From: Elusimicrobiota bacterium
GTDB taxonomy: Bacteria; Elusimicrobiota; Elusimicrobia; 2-01-FULL-59-12
Direction: 5' to 3'
DNA length: 48,066 bases
Assembly: GCA_038208955.1 (NCBI GenBank)
Contig: JBBQYF010000001.1
Location: 1 to 48,066, forward strand
Shown here: positions 32,158 through 41,002 of the stretch, in pieces
Layout of the letters: the number at the start of each line of letters is the position of its first letter
How positions within the stretch are numbered: the stretch's first letter is position 1
Notes under the pieces: model-generated
Databases searched by the model: none
Told to the model about the DNA's origin: nothing
Seen by the model: the letters and a program-made list of their open reading frames with translations, nothing else
Made by a program: the position numbers and the translations under genes

Positions 32158-33099
32158 ATGATTGACGTCTCCCAACTTACCAAACGGTACGGCTCCACCT
32201 TGGCGCTGGATCACGTGAACTTCAGCATTCAGCCGGGGGAAGTTGTCGGATTGCTGGGTCCCAATGGCGCCGGTAAGACGACGATGCTTAAAATGCTGAC
32301 GGGCTACCTCCCGCCGACCGAAGGGACGGCGCGTGTCGATCAGTTTGATGTTTTTACCCACTCCCTCGAAGTCCGACAACGCATTGGTTACTTGCCGGAA
32401 ACGAACCCCCTTTACGATGAACTCGCCGTTTACGAAGCGCTTCAATGGGCCGCGCGGCTTCGCGCTATTCCCGATGTGAAGGCGGCGGGCGCCATTAATC
32501 ATGTGATCGCCGTCTGCGGCTTGGAAGCCGTCGTGGGAAAAGACATCGCGCACCTTTCGAAGGGATACCGGCAGCGCACTGGGCTCGCGATCGCGATCTT
32601 GCACGATCCCGACATCCTCATCTTAGACGAACCGACTTCCGGCCTTGACCCGAATCAGCAACAAGAAGTCCGCCAATTGATTCAAACGTTGAAGCAGAAA
32701 AAAACCGTGCTCTGGTCCACACATATGTTGTCGGAAGCGCAGCAATCGTGCGACCGGGTTTTGATTATTAATCGCGGTCGGATCGTTGCCGACGGATCGC
32801 CCGATGTGCTGGGTCGCCAGGGTGCCGGTTTGGGGCGGCTCGTGCTAGAACTTAAAGCGCCGCAGGCCGCCGCCGTCGAGGCTTTGGGAGCATTGGCGGG
32901 CGTGCAAGGCGTGACGATGCAGCGCTCAAGTGAGTCGACGGTGCATTTGAACGTCGAGTGTGCCGCCGGCAGCGATGTCCGGGAAGCCATATTTGCGTTG
33001 GCCGTCGAGAAGCGCTGGCCGATCCTTCAAATGACGCCGGAATCGGCGACTCTGGAAGACGTATTCCGTGAGTTGACCTTGGGCGGGAAAATCGCATGA
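32158..33099 (+). CDS. ABC transporter ATP-binding protein, GldA-like
   Basis: Walker A GPNGAGKTT, signature LSKGYRQR, Walker B LILDEPTSGLD. First gene of the ATPase-permease-auxiliary-DUF4340 module. Confidence 0.85.
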   Translation: MIDVSQLTKRYGSTLALDHVNFSIQPGEVVGLLGPNGAGKTTMLKMLTGYLPPTEGTARVDQFDVFTHSLEVRQRIGYLPETNPLYDELAVYEALQWAARLRAIPDVKAAGAINHVIAVCGLEAVVGKDIAHLSKGYRQRTGLAIAILHDPDILILDEPTSGLDPNQQQEVRQLIQTLKQKKTVLWSTHMLSEAQQSCDRVLIINRGRIVADGSPDVLGRQGAGLGRLVLELKAPQAAAVEALGALAGVQGVTMQRSSESTVHLNVECAAGSDVREAIFALAVEKRWPILQMTPESATLEDVFRELTLGGKIA

Positions 33100-33824
33100 C
33101 CCCGGCACTGCGGAAATCGCCCGTCGCCACACTAGCCCGCAAAGAGCTCTCGATTCTCTTTAATGCACCGGCCACCTACGTTATTTTCGTAATCTTTTTG
33201 TTGATCACGGGATGGTTATTCGTCTCGCCTTTATTCCTCCGCGACTTGAGCAGCTTGGATACTTTTCTTCAGCCGCTGCCGCTGATTCTCACCTTTGTGG
33301 TTCCCGCTTTAACGATGCGGACATTTTCCGAAGAATTCCGCACGGGAACGATCGAATGTTTGGCCACCTTACCCATTACCGATTACGAAATTGTTGCCGC
33401 TAAGTATCTCGCCGCGATGGGGCTCGTGGGGGGATTGTTGCTCTTTACGCTGGCCTATCCGCTGATCCTCTGGTTGGTCGGTCAGCCCGATCTGGGACAA
33501 ACGATCGGCGCTTATGCTTCTGTCGTAGGACTTGCTTCCTTTTATGTAGCCATCGGTTTATGGGCTTCATCCATGACACGCAATCAGGTCGTCGCCTTCA
33601 TCGTCGGTTTCTTCGCTTGTTTTATTTTTTACTTGGTCGGGCAGATGGCGGAACTCTTTCCTGGAGGGATCGGCATGCTCGTGCGGCCTTTTGGCGTGGA
33701 AGCGCATTACGATTCGCTGGCACGGGGAGTCCTCGATTCCCGCGATTTGCTGTATTGGGCCAGCGGCACATTTTTCTTCTTGGTCGCCTGCTTAGCCTCG
33801 ATTCACTCCCGGCGGTGGCGCTGA
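33096..33824 (+). CDS. ABC-2 permease, GldF-like
   Basis: 6 hydrophobic segments. 4-nt overlap with the ATPase gene. Typical N-terminus ARKELSILFNAPATYVIF. Confidence 0.8.
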   Translation: MTPALRKSPVATLARKELSILFNAPATYVIFVIFLLITGWLFVSPLFLRDLSSLDTFLQPLPLILTFVVPALTMRTFSEEFRTGTIECLATLPITDYEIVAAKYLAAMGLVGGLLLFTLAYPLILWLVGQPDLGQTIGAYASVVGLASFYVAIGLWASSMTRNQVVAFIVGFFACFIFYLVGQMAELFPGGIGMLVRPFGVEAHYDSLARGVLDSRDLLYWASGTFFFLVACLASIHSRRWR

Positions 33825-35443
33825 TGGAATCGATTACGCGGCGGCGAAAACGCTTTGCATTGGCCAGCGCGGGTGGACTGGCGCTGACGGCTGTTGTGAT
33901 CATTTTATTGAACGTGATATCGGGTTGGGTTTATCTGCGTTTCGATATGACGGGTAGTCGAGCCTACTCGCTTTCGCCTTCAACCAAGAAACTCGTTAGC
34001 CATCTAGACGATCCCGTGATCGTCAAAGCCTTTTTTACTCCGGACCTTCCCGCGCCGTTCAACACGAACGAAAGATATATTCGCGACATGCTAACGGAAT
34101 ATCGGGCGGCGTCACACGGCCGCGTGCGTTTTGAATTTGCCTTAACGAACCCGCAAAAGGATTTCGAGCAACATGCCGTCGAAGCCGGCATGGCGCCGCT
34201 GCAGTTTAATCAAATGGGCAGTGACCAATTCCAGGTGCGCCGCGGGTTTATGGGACTCGTCATGTATTACCGGGATAAATCCGAAACGATTCCGGTGATC
34301 AAAAGCGTGCAAAACTTTGAGTACGACGTGACCAGCCGGATCGCCAAGATGAGCCACTCGACGAAAAAGGTGATCGGACTGACAACCGGCCATGGCGAAA
34401 CCGAGTGGCGTACCCCCGAATTCAAACTTTCCCAGGATCTGGCGGAGCTCTATACGTTTCTGCCGGTTCCTCTCCCGCCGGCCGCCCCGATGCCCGCCAC
34501 AATGGACGCGCTGCTCGTCGTCGGGCCAAAGCAAAAAATGGATGATCGCTCGCTTTGGGAAATCGACCAGGCGATTATGCGCGGCACGCCGGTGGCGTTC
34601 CTTGTCGACGCCAAAAATGTCATGGTGCAGCAATTTTACGCCGCTCCGGTCGATAGCGGTCTTTCGCCCTTGCTCGAGCAATATGGCATGAAACTGGGAA
34701 ATCAATTGGTCTGTGACGCGCAATGCGAAACAGTCACGATGACGCAGAATGTATTTGGGCTCTCAATCCCGACCAGCGTACGCTATTTTTTGATTCCCCT
34801 CGTGACCCTTTTTAAAGAAGACCAGCCGGTGACCCAGGGACTGGAAAGCTTAGGCCTGCCGTTTCCAGTGAGCCTGACGCCGACGGGCGGAGCCGGTGTG
34901 GTCAAGCTCTCGCCCATTTTTTATTCGAGTTCCCGGAGTTGGCTCTTGCCGGTAGCCCAGCCGCGCGTTAGCCCAGACTCGATACCCAATCCCAAGCCCG
35001 GTGAACCGACCGGTCCGTTCCTCTTGGGGGCTATGCTTGAGGGAAATTTCACGAGCTACTTTAATGGGAAACCTCTGCCCAAGGGCGCGGCGGGCCCATT
35101 GATCGGTTCCAGTCCGAAAACCAAAATATTTGTCTTAGGAACATCCCACCTGCTCGATCCGAGCATGCCCACCTTTCCCGGGGCTGATGCGGTGATGAGC
35201 AACCTCATCGCTTACTTAGCCAATGATGAAACGTTGATCGGTATTCATTCCAAAGGTGAAATCTTAAAACCGCTTAAACCGGTGTCCGTTCCTGCGCGCC
35301 AAGCCGCAAGATTTTTTGCTGTCTTGGGTGTGCCGATTCTGGCCATTGGATGGGGCATCTGGCGCTGGCGCCGTCGGCAACTTTGGCGGCAATTGATCGC
35401 CGCCGCTTACGCCCCGAAAAGTTCTGCGCCGGCCGTTCCCTAG
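33824..35443 (+). CDS. ABC transporter auxiliary component, GldG-like
   Basis: The ATG overlaps the permease TGA by 1 nt. N-terminal and C-terminal TM anchors. RFDMTGSRAYSLSPSTKKLVSHLDDPVIVKAFFT is typical of the family. Confidence 0.8.
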   Translation: MESITRRRKRFALASAGGLALTAVVIILLNVISGWVYLRFDMTGSRAYSLSPSTKKLVSHLDDPVIVKAFFTPDLPAPFNTNERYIRDMLTEYRAASHGRVRFEFALTNPQKDFEQHAVEAGMAPLQFNQMGSDQFQVRRGFMGLVMYYRDKSETIPVIKSVQNFEYDVTSRIAKMSHSTKKVIGLTTGHGETEWRTPEFKLSQDLAELYTFLPVPLPPAAPMPATMDALLVVGPKQKMDDRSLWEIDQAIMRGTPVAFLVDAKNVMVQQFYAAPVDSGLSPLLEQYGMKLGNQLVCDAQCETVTMTQNVFGLSIPTSVRYFLIPLVTLFKEDQPVTQGLESLGLPFPVSLTPTGGAGVVKLSPIFYSSSRSWLLPVAQPRVSPDSIPNPKPGEPTGPFLLGAMLEGNFTSYFNGKPLPKGAAGPLIGSSPKTKIFVLGTSHLLDPSMPTFPGADAVMSNLIAYLANDETLIGIHSKGEILKPLKPVSVPARQAARFFAVLGVPILAIGWGIWRWRRRQLWRQLIAAAYAPKSSAPAVP

Positions 35444-35445
35444 CC

Positions 35446-36354
35446 ATGCTCACGACCCGCCACCTTTCCTGGTTGCTAGCCTTTACAATCCTCTTGACGG
35501 CGTTGATCGTCGCGCATCTTTATTTTCAAGTACCGCACCGCAAAATGCCTTATGCCAAGGCGATCGATCAGGCATCGCGCATCACGCTCACCCAAGGTGG
35601 CGCCGGCATCGAATTGCAACGGAACGGCAAAGACTGGACCGTGCAAGCCAGCTCCTCGCCCGCCTACCCGGTCGATGCGGACCGCCTGCGTACGCTTTTG
35701 TCCGGTCTTCCGGAGCTCCAGCTCGAAGATATCATTGCCGATCGGGCAGACCGCGCTCCTGATTTTGAAGTCGATGCGGCCAGCGGCACCCGGGTCACGC
35801 TGTATGGTTCCAATCATGCGGCACTGGCCGACGGCATCGTCGGCAAACAAGCCCCCGACTTTAACCATATTTATTTTCGCTTCCCGGACCAGTCTAATGT
35901 TTATCTCGCGCGCGGATTAATAAGGGGAGAGCTGGGGGGAGCGGCGCTACCGGAATGGCGCAGCAAAGACATCGTCACCACAGCTGAGCCCGATTTCCGA
36001 CGCATCCAAATTCAAAAGGGGGGAACGCCTTTTACGCTGGAACGCTCGAGCAATACATGGATGCTGGAAGGCCGGACCATTAATCCCGCGCCCGTCTACA
36101 CCCTAACAGGCGCCTTAGCGCATTTGAAGGCCGATAGCTTTATCCCCGATAAAGAGGCATCCACGATAAAGTTCAGCGCCGGCCGCATTGAATTCAGCAC
36201 AGACAAGGACACCGATACTTTAAGTTTCTCCGCGCCTGACGCGACCACGCACCGCATTGCTGTGCGGCTAGAAAACACTCATCAGACCTATTCCGTCTCC
36301 GAACCAAAAGTGCTCGCGCTCTTCCCCAAGAAGTCGACATTTACCGCCCAGTAG
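35446..36354 (+). CDS. DUF4340-like membrane-anchored protein
   Basis: N-terminal TM LSWLLAFTILLTALIV. Its position immediately after a GldG-like gene is the usual context of DUF4340. Confidence 0.65.
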   Translation: MLTTRHLSWLLAFTILLTALIVAHLYFQVPHRKMPYAKAIDQASRITLTQGGAGIELQRNGKDWTVQASSSPAYPVDADRLRTLLSGLPELQLEDIIADRADRAPDFEVDAASGTRVTLYGSNHAALADGIVGKQAPDFNHIYFRFPDQSNVYLARGLIRGELGGAALPEWRSKDIVTTAEPDFRRIQIQKGGTPFTLERSSNTWMLEGRTINPAPVYTLTGALAHLKADSFIPDKEASTIKFSAGRIEFSTDKDTDTLSFSAPDATTHRIAVRLENTHQTYSVSEPKVLALFPKKSTFTAQ

Positions 36355-36543
36355 TGCACCGCCTCCAAAAATAAGTCCCAAGACCCTTTGCGGAAGCTGC
36401 CAATACCCCGTCTCACTAGTAGGCCACGAATACACCACTAGAGGGATTTTTTGTCCATGCAATGTTGAATGCCCCTCAACGAAAAATGATCAAGCGGCAT
36501 CATCACAGGTATTTGACAGGACCTGAAAGAGGAGGCCGCACAG

Positions 36544-36549
36544 TATAAT
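36544..36549 (+). promoter_or_regulatory. Perfect TATAAT -10 box 6 nt upstream of the dehydrogenase ATG (leaderless candidate)
   Basis: TATAAT-ctgatc-ATG. No usable Shine-Dalgarno: GAGGAGG lies 20 nt upstream. No good -35 at 17-18 nt. Confidence 0.3.
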
Positions 36550-36555
36550 CTGATC

Positions 36556-37503
36556 ATGGATCAGATTGTTTTTCTGGACCGCGGGACGGTCAAGGCGCCA
36601 TTTCGCCCACCGCGGTTTCCGCACGAATGGAAAGAATACGCGACGACGAGTCCCGCCGAGGTAAGTGCCCGCCTCGCCGGGGCGACGATCGTGCTCATCA
36701 ATAAAGTCAAGCTAGGGCCGCCCGAACTGGCCGCAGCATCGACAATTAAATTGATCGCATTGACGGCGACGGGGTACGACAACGTTGACGTGACCTATTG
36801 CCGGGCCCGTGGAATTGCCGTCTGTAATGCGCCCGGCTATGCGCGCGATTCGGTTCCGGAACATGCGCTCATGCTGATGCTGGCCTTGCGACGAAACCTG
36901 CCGGGATTTCAAGAGGCGTTGCGCCAAGGTCGGTGGCAGCAATCCATCATACCCACCTTGCTCGATTTTCCGGTTTACGATCTACAGGGAGCGACGCTCG
37001 GCTTGATGGGTTATGGTGAGTTGGGGCGAGGTGTCGAAAAGTTGGCGGGCGCATTCGGCATGCGCGTGCTCTTGGCTGAGCGGAAAAATTCTGCGGTTCT
37101 GCGCCCAGGCCGGGAAACATTTGAGGCCGTTCTCCATCAATCCGACATCATCAGTCTTCACCTGCCGCTCACGCCCGAGACGCGCGGTCTGATCGGGACG
37201 CCGGAACTGGCGCTGATGAAAAAAGGGGCGATTCTAATTAATACCGCGCGCGGCGGTGTGGTGGACGAAGCCGCTCTCGCCCAAGCGCTGCGCTGCGGCC
37301 ATCTCGGCGGTGCCGGAGTGGATGTCCTTTCCGAGGAACCTCCGCGATCCGGTAACCCCCTGCTCGAGCCCGGCCTTCCCAATTTGATTGTCACGCCGCA
37401 CATTGCTTGGATGAGCGCGGGCGCGTTGGCGCGTTTAACGGAACAGGTTATCGATAATTTAGAGTCCTTTAATAAAGGCCAACCGAAGAACCTCGTGCGA
37501 TGA
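36556..37503 (+). CDS. D-isomer-specific 2-hydroxyacid dehydrogenase (glycerate/hydroxypyruvate reductase-like)
   Basis: NAD-binding motif GLMGYGELGRGVEKLA. Catalytic region LINTARGGVVDE ... TPHIAW. Confidence 0.9.
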   Translation: MDQIVFLDRGTVKAPFRPPRFPHEWKEYATTSPAEVSARLAGATIVLINKVKLGPPELAAASTIKLIALTATGYDNVDVTYCRARGIAVCNAPGYARDSVPEHALMLMLALRRNLPGFQEALRQGRWQQSIIPTLLDFPVYDLQGATLGLMGYGELGRGVEKLAGAFGMRVLLAERKNSAVLRPGRETFEAVLHQSDIISLHLPLTPETRGLIGTPELALMKKGAILINTARGGVVDEAALAQALRCGHLGGAGVDVLSEEPPRSGNPLLEPGLPNLIVTPHIAWMSAGALARLTEQVIDNLESFNKGQPKNLVR

Positions 37504-38033
37504 AAAAAAACAAAGGCCGCCTCTTGCCGATCACTCAACTGGGACGTCCCGTGTTACGCCGGTCGCTGAAGCCGGTTGGGTCTCTCACCCCGGCAGTTGC
37601 CCGGCTCTTAGACGACATGATTGTGACGATGAAAAAAGCCCAAGGCGTTGGCATAGCCGCGAATCAAGTTGGTGTCGATAAGCGCATTTTTATCGTCGCA
37701 CCGGAACCGAGTGTGCGTTATCCCCGGGCCCCCAAATGGCCGCCGCTTGCCATGATCAATCCGGCGCTCCTCCGCGCGTCCAAAGAAATGGAAACTGGGT
37801 GGGAAGGGTGTCTGTCGATTCCCGGCATTCGCGGCCGGGTTCCCCGTCACCGCTGGGTTGAGATTGCTTTTACGACGGACGCCGGAATCAGGCGCCGGGC
37901 GCGCCTGGCGGGTTTTGTCGCCCGAATCTTTCAACATGAGTTTGATCACATCAACGGCCGCGTGTATCTTGACCGCGTGCGCGACACCCGCACGCTCATG
38001 ACCGAGACCGAATACCGCAAATTGTTTCGATGA
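37500..38033 (+). CDS. def: Peptide deformylase
   Basis: All three motifs are present: GVGIAANQVG, EGCLSIPG, QHEFDHING. Confidence 0.93.
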   Translation: MKKNKGRLLPITQLGRPVLRRSLKPVGSLTPAVARLLDDMIVTMKKAQGVGIAANQVGVDKRIFIVAPEPSVRYPRAPKWPPLAMINPALLRASKEMETGWEGCLSIPGIRGRVPRHRWVEIAFTTDAGIRRRARLAGFVARIFQHEFDHINGRVYLDRVRDTRTLMTETEYRKLFR

Positions 38034-39274
38034 CGACGGCCCGCCACGGGTTTTCCGATGCGTTGGACGTGCTGCGCATCCGAGATTTTCGCTACTTCCT
38101 GTTATCGCGTTTCTGCGCGACGTTGTCCTCGCAAATGCAGGCGCTCGTCGTTTCTTGGCAAATTTACCAACTCACAAAGGATCCGCTTAGCCTTGGACTG
38201 GTCGGCCTCATCGAGGCCGTGGTCTTCATCCTTTTTTCATTCTGGGCTGGGCATTTTGCGGACCGCCGCGAAAAACGGGGAATCATTCTCGTGGCCCAAG
38301 CCGGGTTACTCGGCTGCGGACTTGCGCTGATGCTTCTTTCGCGCGGTTCACTCCACACAGGTTCCATTTACTTCGTGGTCGGCGTGACAGGACTCGCACG
38401 AAGTTTTCTCTGGCCCGCTTCCTTTTCTTATTCGGAGTTGACCGTCCCCCGAGCGGTTTATGCGCGGGCGGCCACTTGGAACTCGACAGGCTGGGAGATT
38501 GGATCAATTATCGGACCGGCTATTGGAGGCGGGATCTACGCGTGGAAAGGTCCCGTCGCGGCCTATGCGGTGGTCGCTATTCTCGCCGCCCTCGGAATCG
38601 CTTTGGCGCTTTGCATGAGCAAGCGACCTCCGATTATTGCGACGCCCGAAGCCCCCACCCACGACCTGTTATCCGGAGTGCGTTTTGTTTTTTCGAATCA
38701 AATCATCTTGGGAGCGATAAGCCTGGATATGTTTGCCGTGCTCTTTGGCGGCGCCGTGGCGATCCTTCCCATTTTTGCCGACATGTACCATGTGGGACCC
38801 GTCGGCCTCGGTTGGCTGCGTGCCGCGCCCTCCATCGGCGCCGTTCTGATGGCTGGCTATCAGCAATTCCGACCTCCTTTCCAGCAGGCCGGTCGCACCT
38901 TGCTGCTCGTTGTCGCCTTGTTCGGAATGGCGACGATCGGCTTCGGTCTATCCGGCCAGTACTGGTTATCCATGCTTTTGCTCGCCGTCGTGGGCGCCGT
39001 GGACAACGTGAGTGTCGTTATTCGCGCGAGTATCATGCAGGCGTTTACGCCCGATTCGATGCGTGGCCGCGTCGCCTCGGTCAATGGAATCTTCATCGGG
39101 TCATCGAACGAAATAGGAGCATTCGAATCGGGACTCGCCGCCAAATGGATGGGGACTGTTCCGTCTGTGGTATTCGGCGGAGCGATGACCCTCCTGACGG
39201 TGGGGTTGACCTTCGCCCTAGCGCCCGCCTTACGTCGTCTGGGAGCCATTCATAAACCCGCACGCACGCGTTGA
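38030..39274 (+). CDS. MFS transporter (EntS-like)
   Basis: About 12 hydrophobic segments. N-terminal FRYFLLSRFCATLSSQMQ and GHFADRREKRGI loop motif. ATGA overlap with def. Confidence 0.88.
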   Translation: MTTARHGFSDALDVLRIRDFRYFLLSRFCATLSSQMQALVVSWQIYQLTKDPLSLGLVGLIEAVVFILFSFWAGHFADRREKRGIILVAQAGLLGCGLALMLLSRGSLHTGSIYFVVGVTGLARSFLWPASFSYSELTVPRAVYARAATWNSTGWEIGSIIGPAIGGGIYAWKGPVAAYAVVAILAALGIALALCMSKRPPIIATPEAPTHDLLSGVRFVFSNQIILGAISLDMFAVLFGGAVAILPIFADMYHVGPVGLGWLRAAPSIGAVLMAGYQQFRPPFQQAGRTLLLVVALFGMATIGFGLSGQYWLSMLLLAVVGAVDNVSVVIRASIMQAFTPDSMRGRVASVNGIFIGSSNEIGAFESGLAAKWMGTVPSVVFGGAMTLLTVGLTFALAPALRRLGAIHKPARTR

Positions 39275-39324
39275 AGGTTGGGTTCTAAAATAGGTACAAT
39301 TTCGGCCTTGTCGCCCTTACCGTC

Positions 39325-40236
39325 ATGTCCCGCTTAATAGGTAAGACTATCGTCGTCCTGGGTTGCATCGCCACGGGCACGCAAGCGGCGGTCGCTCCGG
39401 AATTGCTTGAGCAGCTGAAATCGGGACGCGTGGTCCAAAGGCGTCAGGCGGCTCAAGAGCTTGGGCATCGCGACGGAGACGCGCAAGCGACCCAAGCCCT
39501 GGTCGGCGCCTTGAAAGATAAAGACGCTTATGTGCGGGTCGTCGTCATTCGCGGGTTGGCCCGTTTGCGCGCCGCGTCAGCGGCTCCGGCGGTCGAAGAA
39601 ATTTTAGCGGGGGATCCCAGCGAGGAAGTAAGGCAAACGGCGGCGCTGGCGATTCCTGTCTTCAGTCCGCCAAACGCCTCGGCGGTGTTGCAAAAGTCTC
39701 TGGCCGACCCGGCGGAGGCCGTGCGCGCCGTCGTCGTGGGAGCGCTCGGGTCGCTCAAAGATAAAGAATCGACCGGCGCGCTTGTGAAGGCCGCCGACGA
39801 TCGATCCGCGCTTGTGCGTCGCGGCGTGGCGAGCGTCCTTGGGGCGCGCGATAAAGCGCAGGCCGTGCCGGTCGTCAGTCAATTGCTCAAAGATTCTGAC
39901 CCCGGAGTACGCTGGACCGCCGCCATCTCGCTGGGCGACTTGGCCGCCACGAGCAGCATTCCGGCGTTGCAATCCTTATTGCAGGACAGCGATCAAATGG
40001 TGCGCGTTGCGGCGGCGAGGTCGCTCGCCATTTTGGGAGATCCGTCTGGACGAAATATAGCGCTAGGCCTTTTGCATGAGCCGGATCGCAACGTGCGGCT
40101 TCTCGCGATTGAAACGTTGGGATATGTGGGCGATCCAAAACTGTCGTCAGCTGTAAAGCCCTTGCTGGTCGATAAAGATACCTTTGTACATCAAGCCGCC
40201 GCGCTCGCGCTGCAGCGGTTGTCGGCGAGAAAATAA
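39325..40236 (+). CDS. HEAT-repeat (PBS-lyase-type) protein with signal or lipoprotein peptide
   Basis: VVLGC lipobox-like signal. Repeated D..VR..A...LG units (at least 8). Confidence 0.8.
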   Translation: MSRLIGKTIVVLGCIATGTQAAVAPELLEQLKSGRVVQRRQAAQELGHRDGDAQATQALVGALKDKDAYVRVVVIRGLARLRAASAAPAVEEILAGDPSEEVRQTAALAIPVFSPPNASAVLQKSLADPAEAVRAVVVGALGSLKDKESTGALVKAADDRSALVRRGVASVLGARDKAQAVPVVSQLLKDSDPGVRWTAAISLGDLAATSSIPALQSLLQDSDQMVRVAAARSLAILGDPSGRNIALGLLHEPDRNVRLLAIETLGYVGDPKLSSAVKPLLVDKDTFVHQAAALALQRLSARK

Positions 40237-40995
40237 ATGACTAATTTAATTCGGCGGACGCCTTGGCTACTGATGACGCTCGGGGTTCTAGCTCTTTCCA
40301 ATGGCAGTTGGGCGGCCAAGGCAAACGCTAAAGCGGATGAATCGGATGGTGGCGAAAGTCCTCAAGTGGAGGCCGTCGACATCCCCACGGCCGATATTCT
40401 TGATCCATCGACCTTCGCGACGACGTTTCGTTTCTACAATGAGGGGGGGATTGTGTCGCGCCTGGTGCTCGGGCCGTTCCGGCGTGTCAATCTTGGGATC
40501 TCATTCGACGCGCAGCGCGTGATCGGCTCGCGGGATCCGCATATGGTCCACCCGGCGGTATATTTCAAGTTGCGGCCCTTCGACGGGACGGACGTGCTGC
40601 CGGCGCTGGCGCTGGGGTATGAAAATCAAGGGTATCTGTATCAGGACAGCACGCGCGACTTTCTGCAAAAAGAACGCGGCCTCTACGGGGTCATTAGCCA
40701 TGAAATTTTGTTGCCTGATCTCGAGCTGCATGGGGGCGTTAATATCTCCGATTTCAACAACAGCAAGTTGTTTGGGTTCGTCGGGATTACCTACAAGATC
40801 GTCCCGGCGTTCGGCCTGATGGCGGAGTACGACAACATTCGCCAGGGCCCGGAAAACCGCGCCAACGTGGGCGGTCGTTACTGGGTGACGCCCTTTTTTA
40901 ACGTCGATATTGCCGCTCGCAATGTGGGTCGCGGGGCCGTTCGCGGTGCTGAGCGGATCGTTCGTTTGAATTACGTCGCGCACTTCCCTTTTTAG
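40237..40995 (+). CDS. Putative outer-membrane beta-barrel protein
   Basis: Signal peptide ending SWA-AKA. The C-terminus LNYVAHFPF has alternating hydrophobic residues and a terminal Phe. The start abuts the HEAT gene stop. Confidence 0.5.
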   Translation: MTNLIRRTPWLLMTLGVLALSNGSWAAKANAKADESDGGESPQVEAVDIPTADILDPSTFATTFRFYNEGGIVSRLVLGPFRRVNLGISFDAQRVIGSRDPHMVHPAVYFKLRPFDGTDVLPALALGYENQGYLYQDSTRDFLQKERGLYGVISHEILLPDLELHGGVNISDFNNSKLFGFVGITYKIVPAFGLMAEYDNIRQGPENRANVGGRYWVTPFFNVDIAARNVGRGAVRGAERIVRLNYVAHFPF

Positions 40996-41002
40996 AGGCA
41001 CT

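Noticed and set aside
33560-33823. N-terminal 88-aa extension of the GldG-like ORF given in the track.
   Set aside because: It fully overlaps the GldF-like permease in another frame. The internal ATG at 33824 overlaps the permease stop and is followed by a proper TM anchor.
36513-36549. Perfect TTGACA and perfect TATAAT upstream of the dehydrogenase gene, considered as a consensus promoter.
   Set aside because: The spacer is 25 nt, far from the 16-19 nt a sigma-70 holoenzyme can use. Only the -10 box is retained, as a leaderless candidate.
38476-39255. 259-aa alternative-frame ORF inside the MFS gene, and likewise 26802..27446 inside ctaA.
   Set aside because: The Arg/Gly/Pro-rich translations are typical of off-frame reading of GC-rich membrane-protein genes. 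The annotated frames have clear TM periodicity and family motifs.
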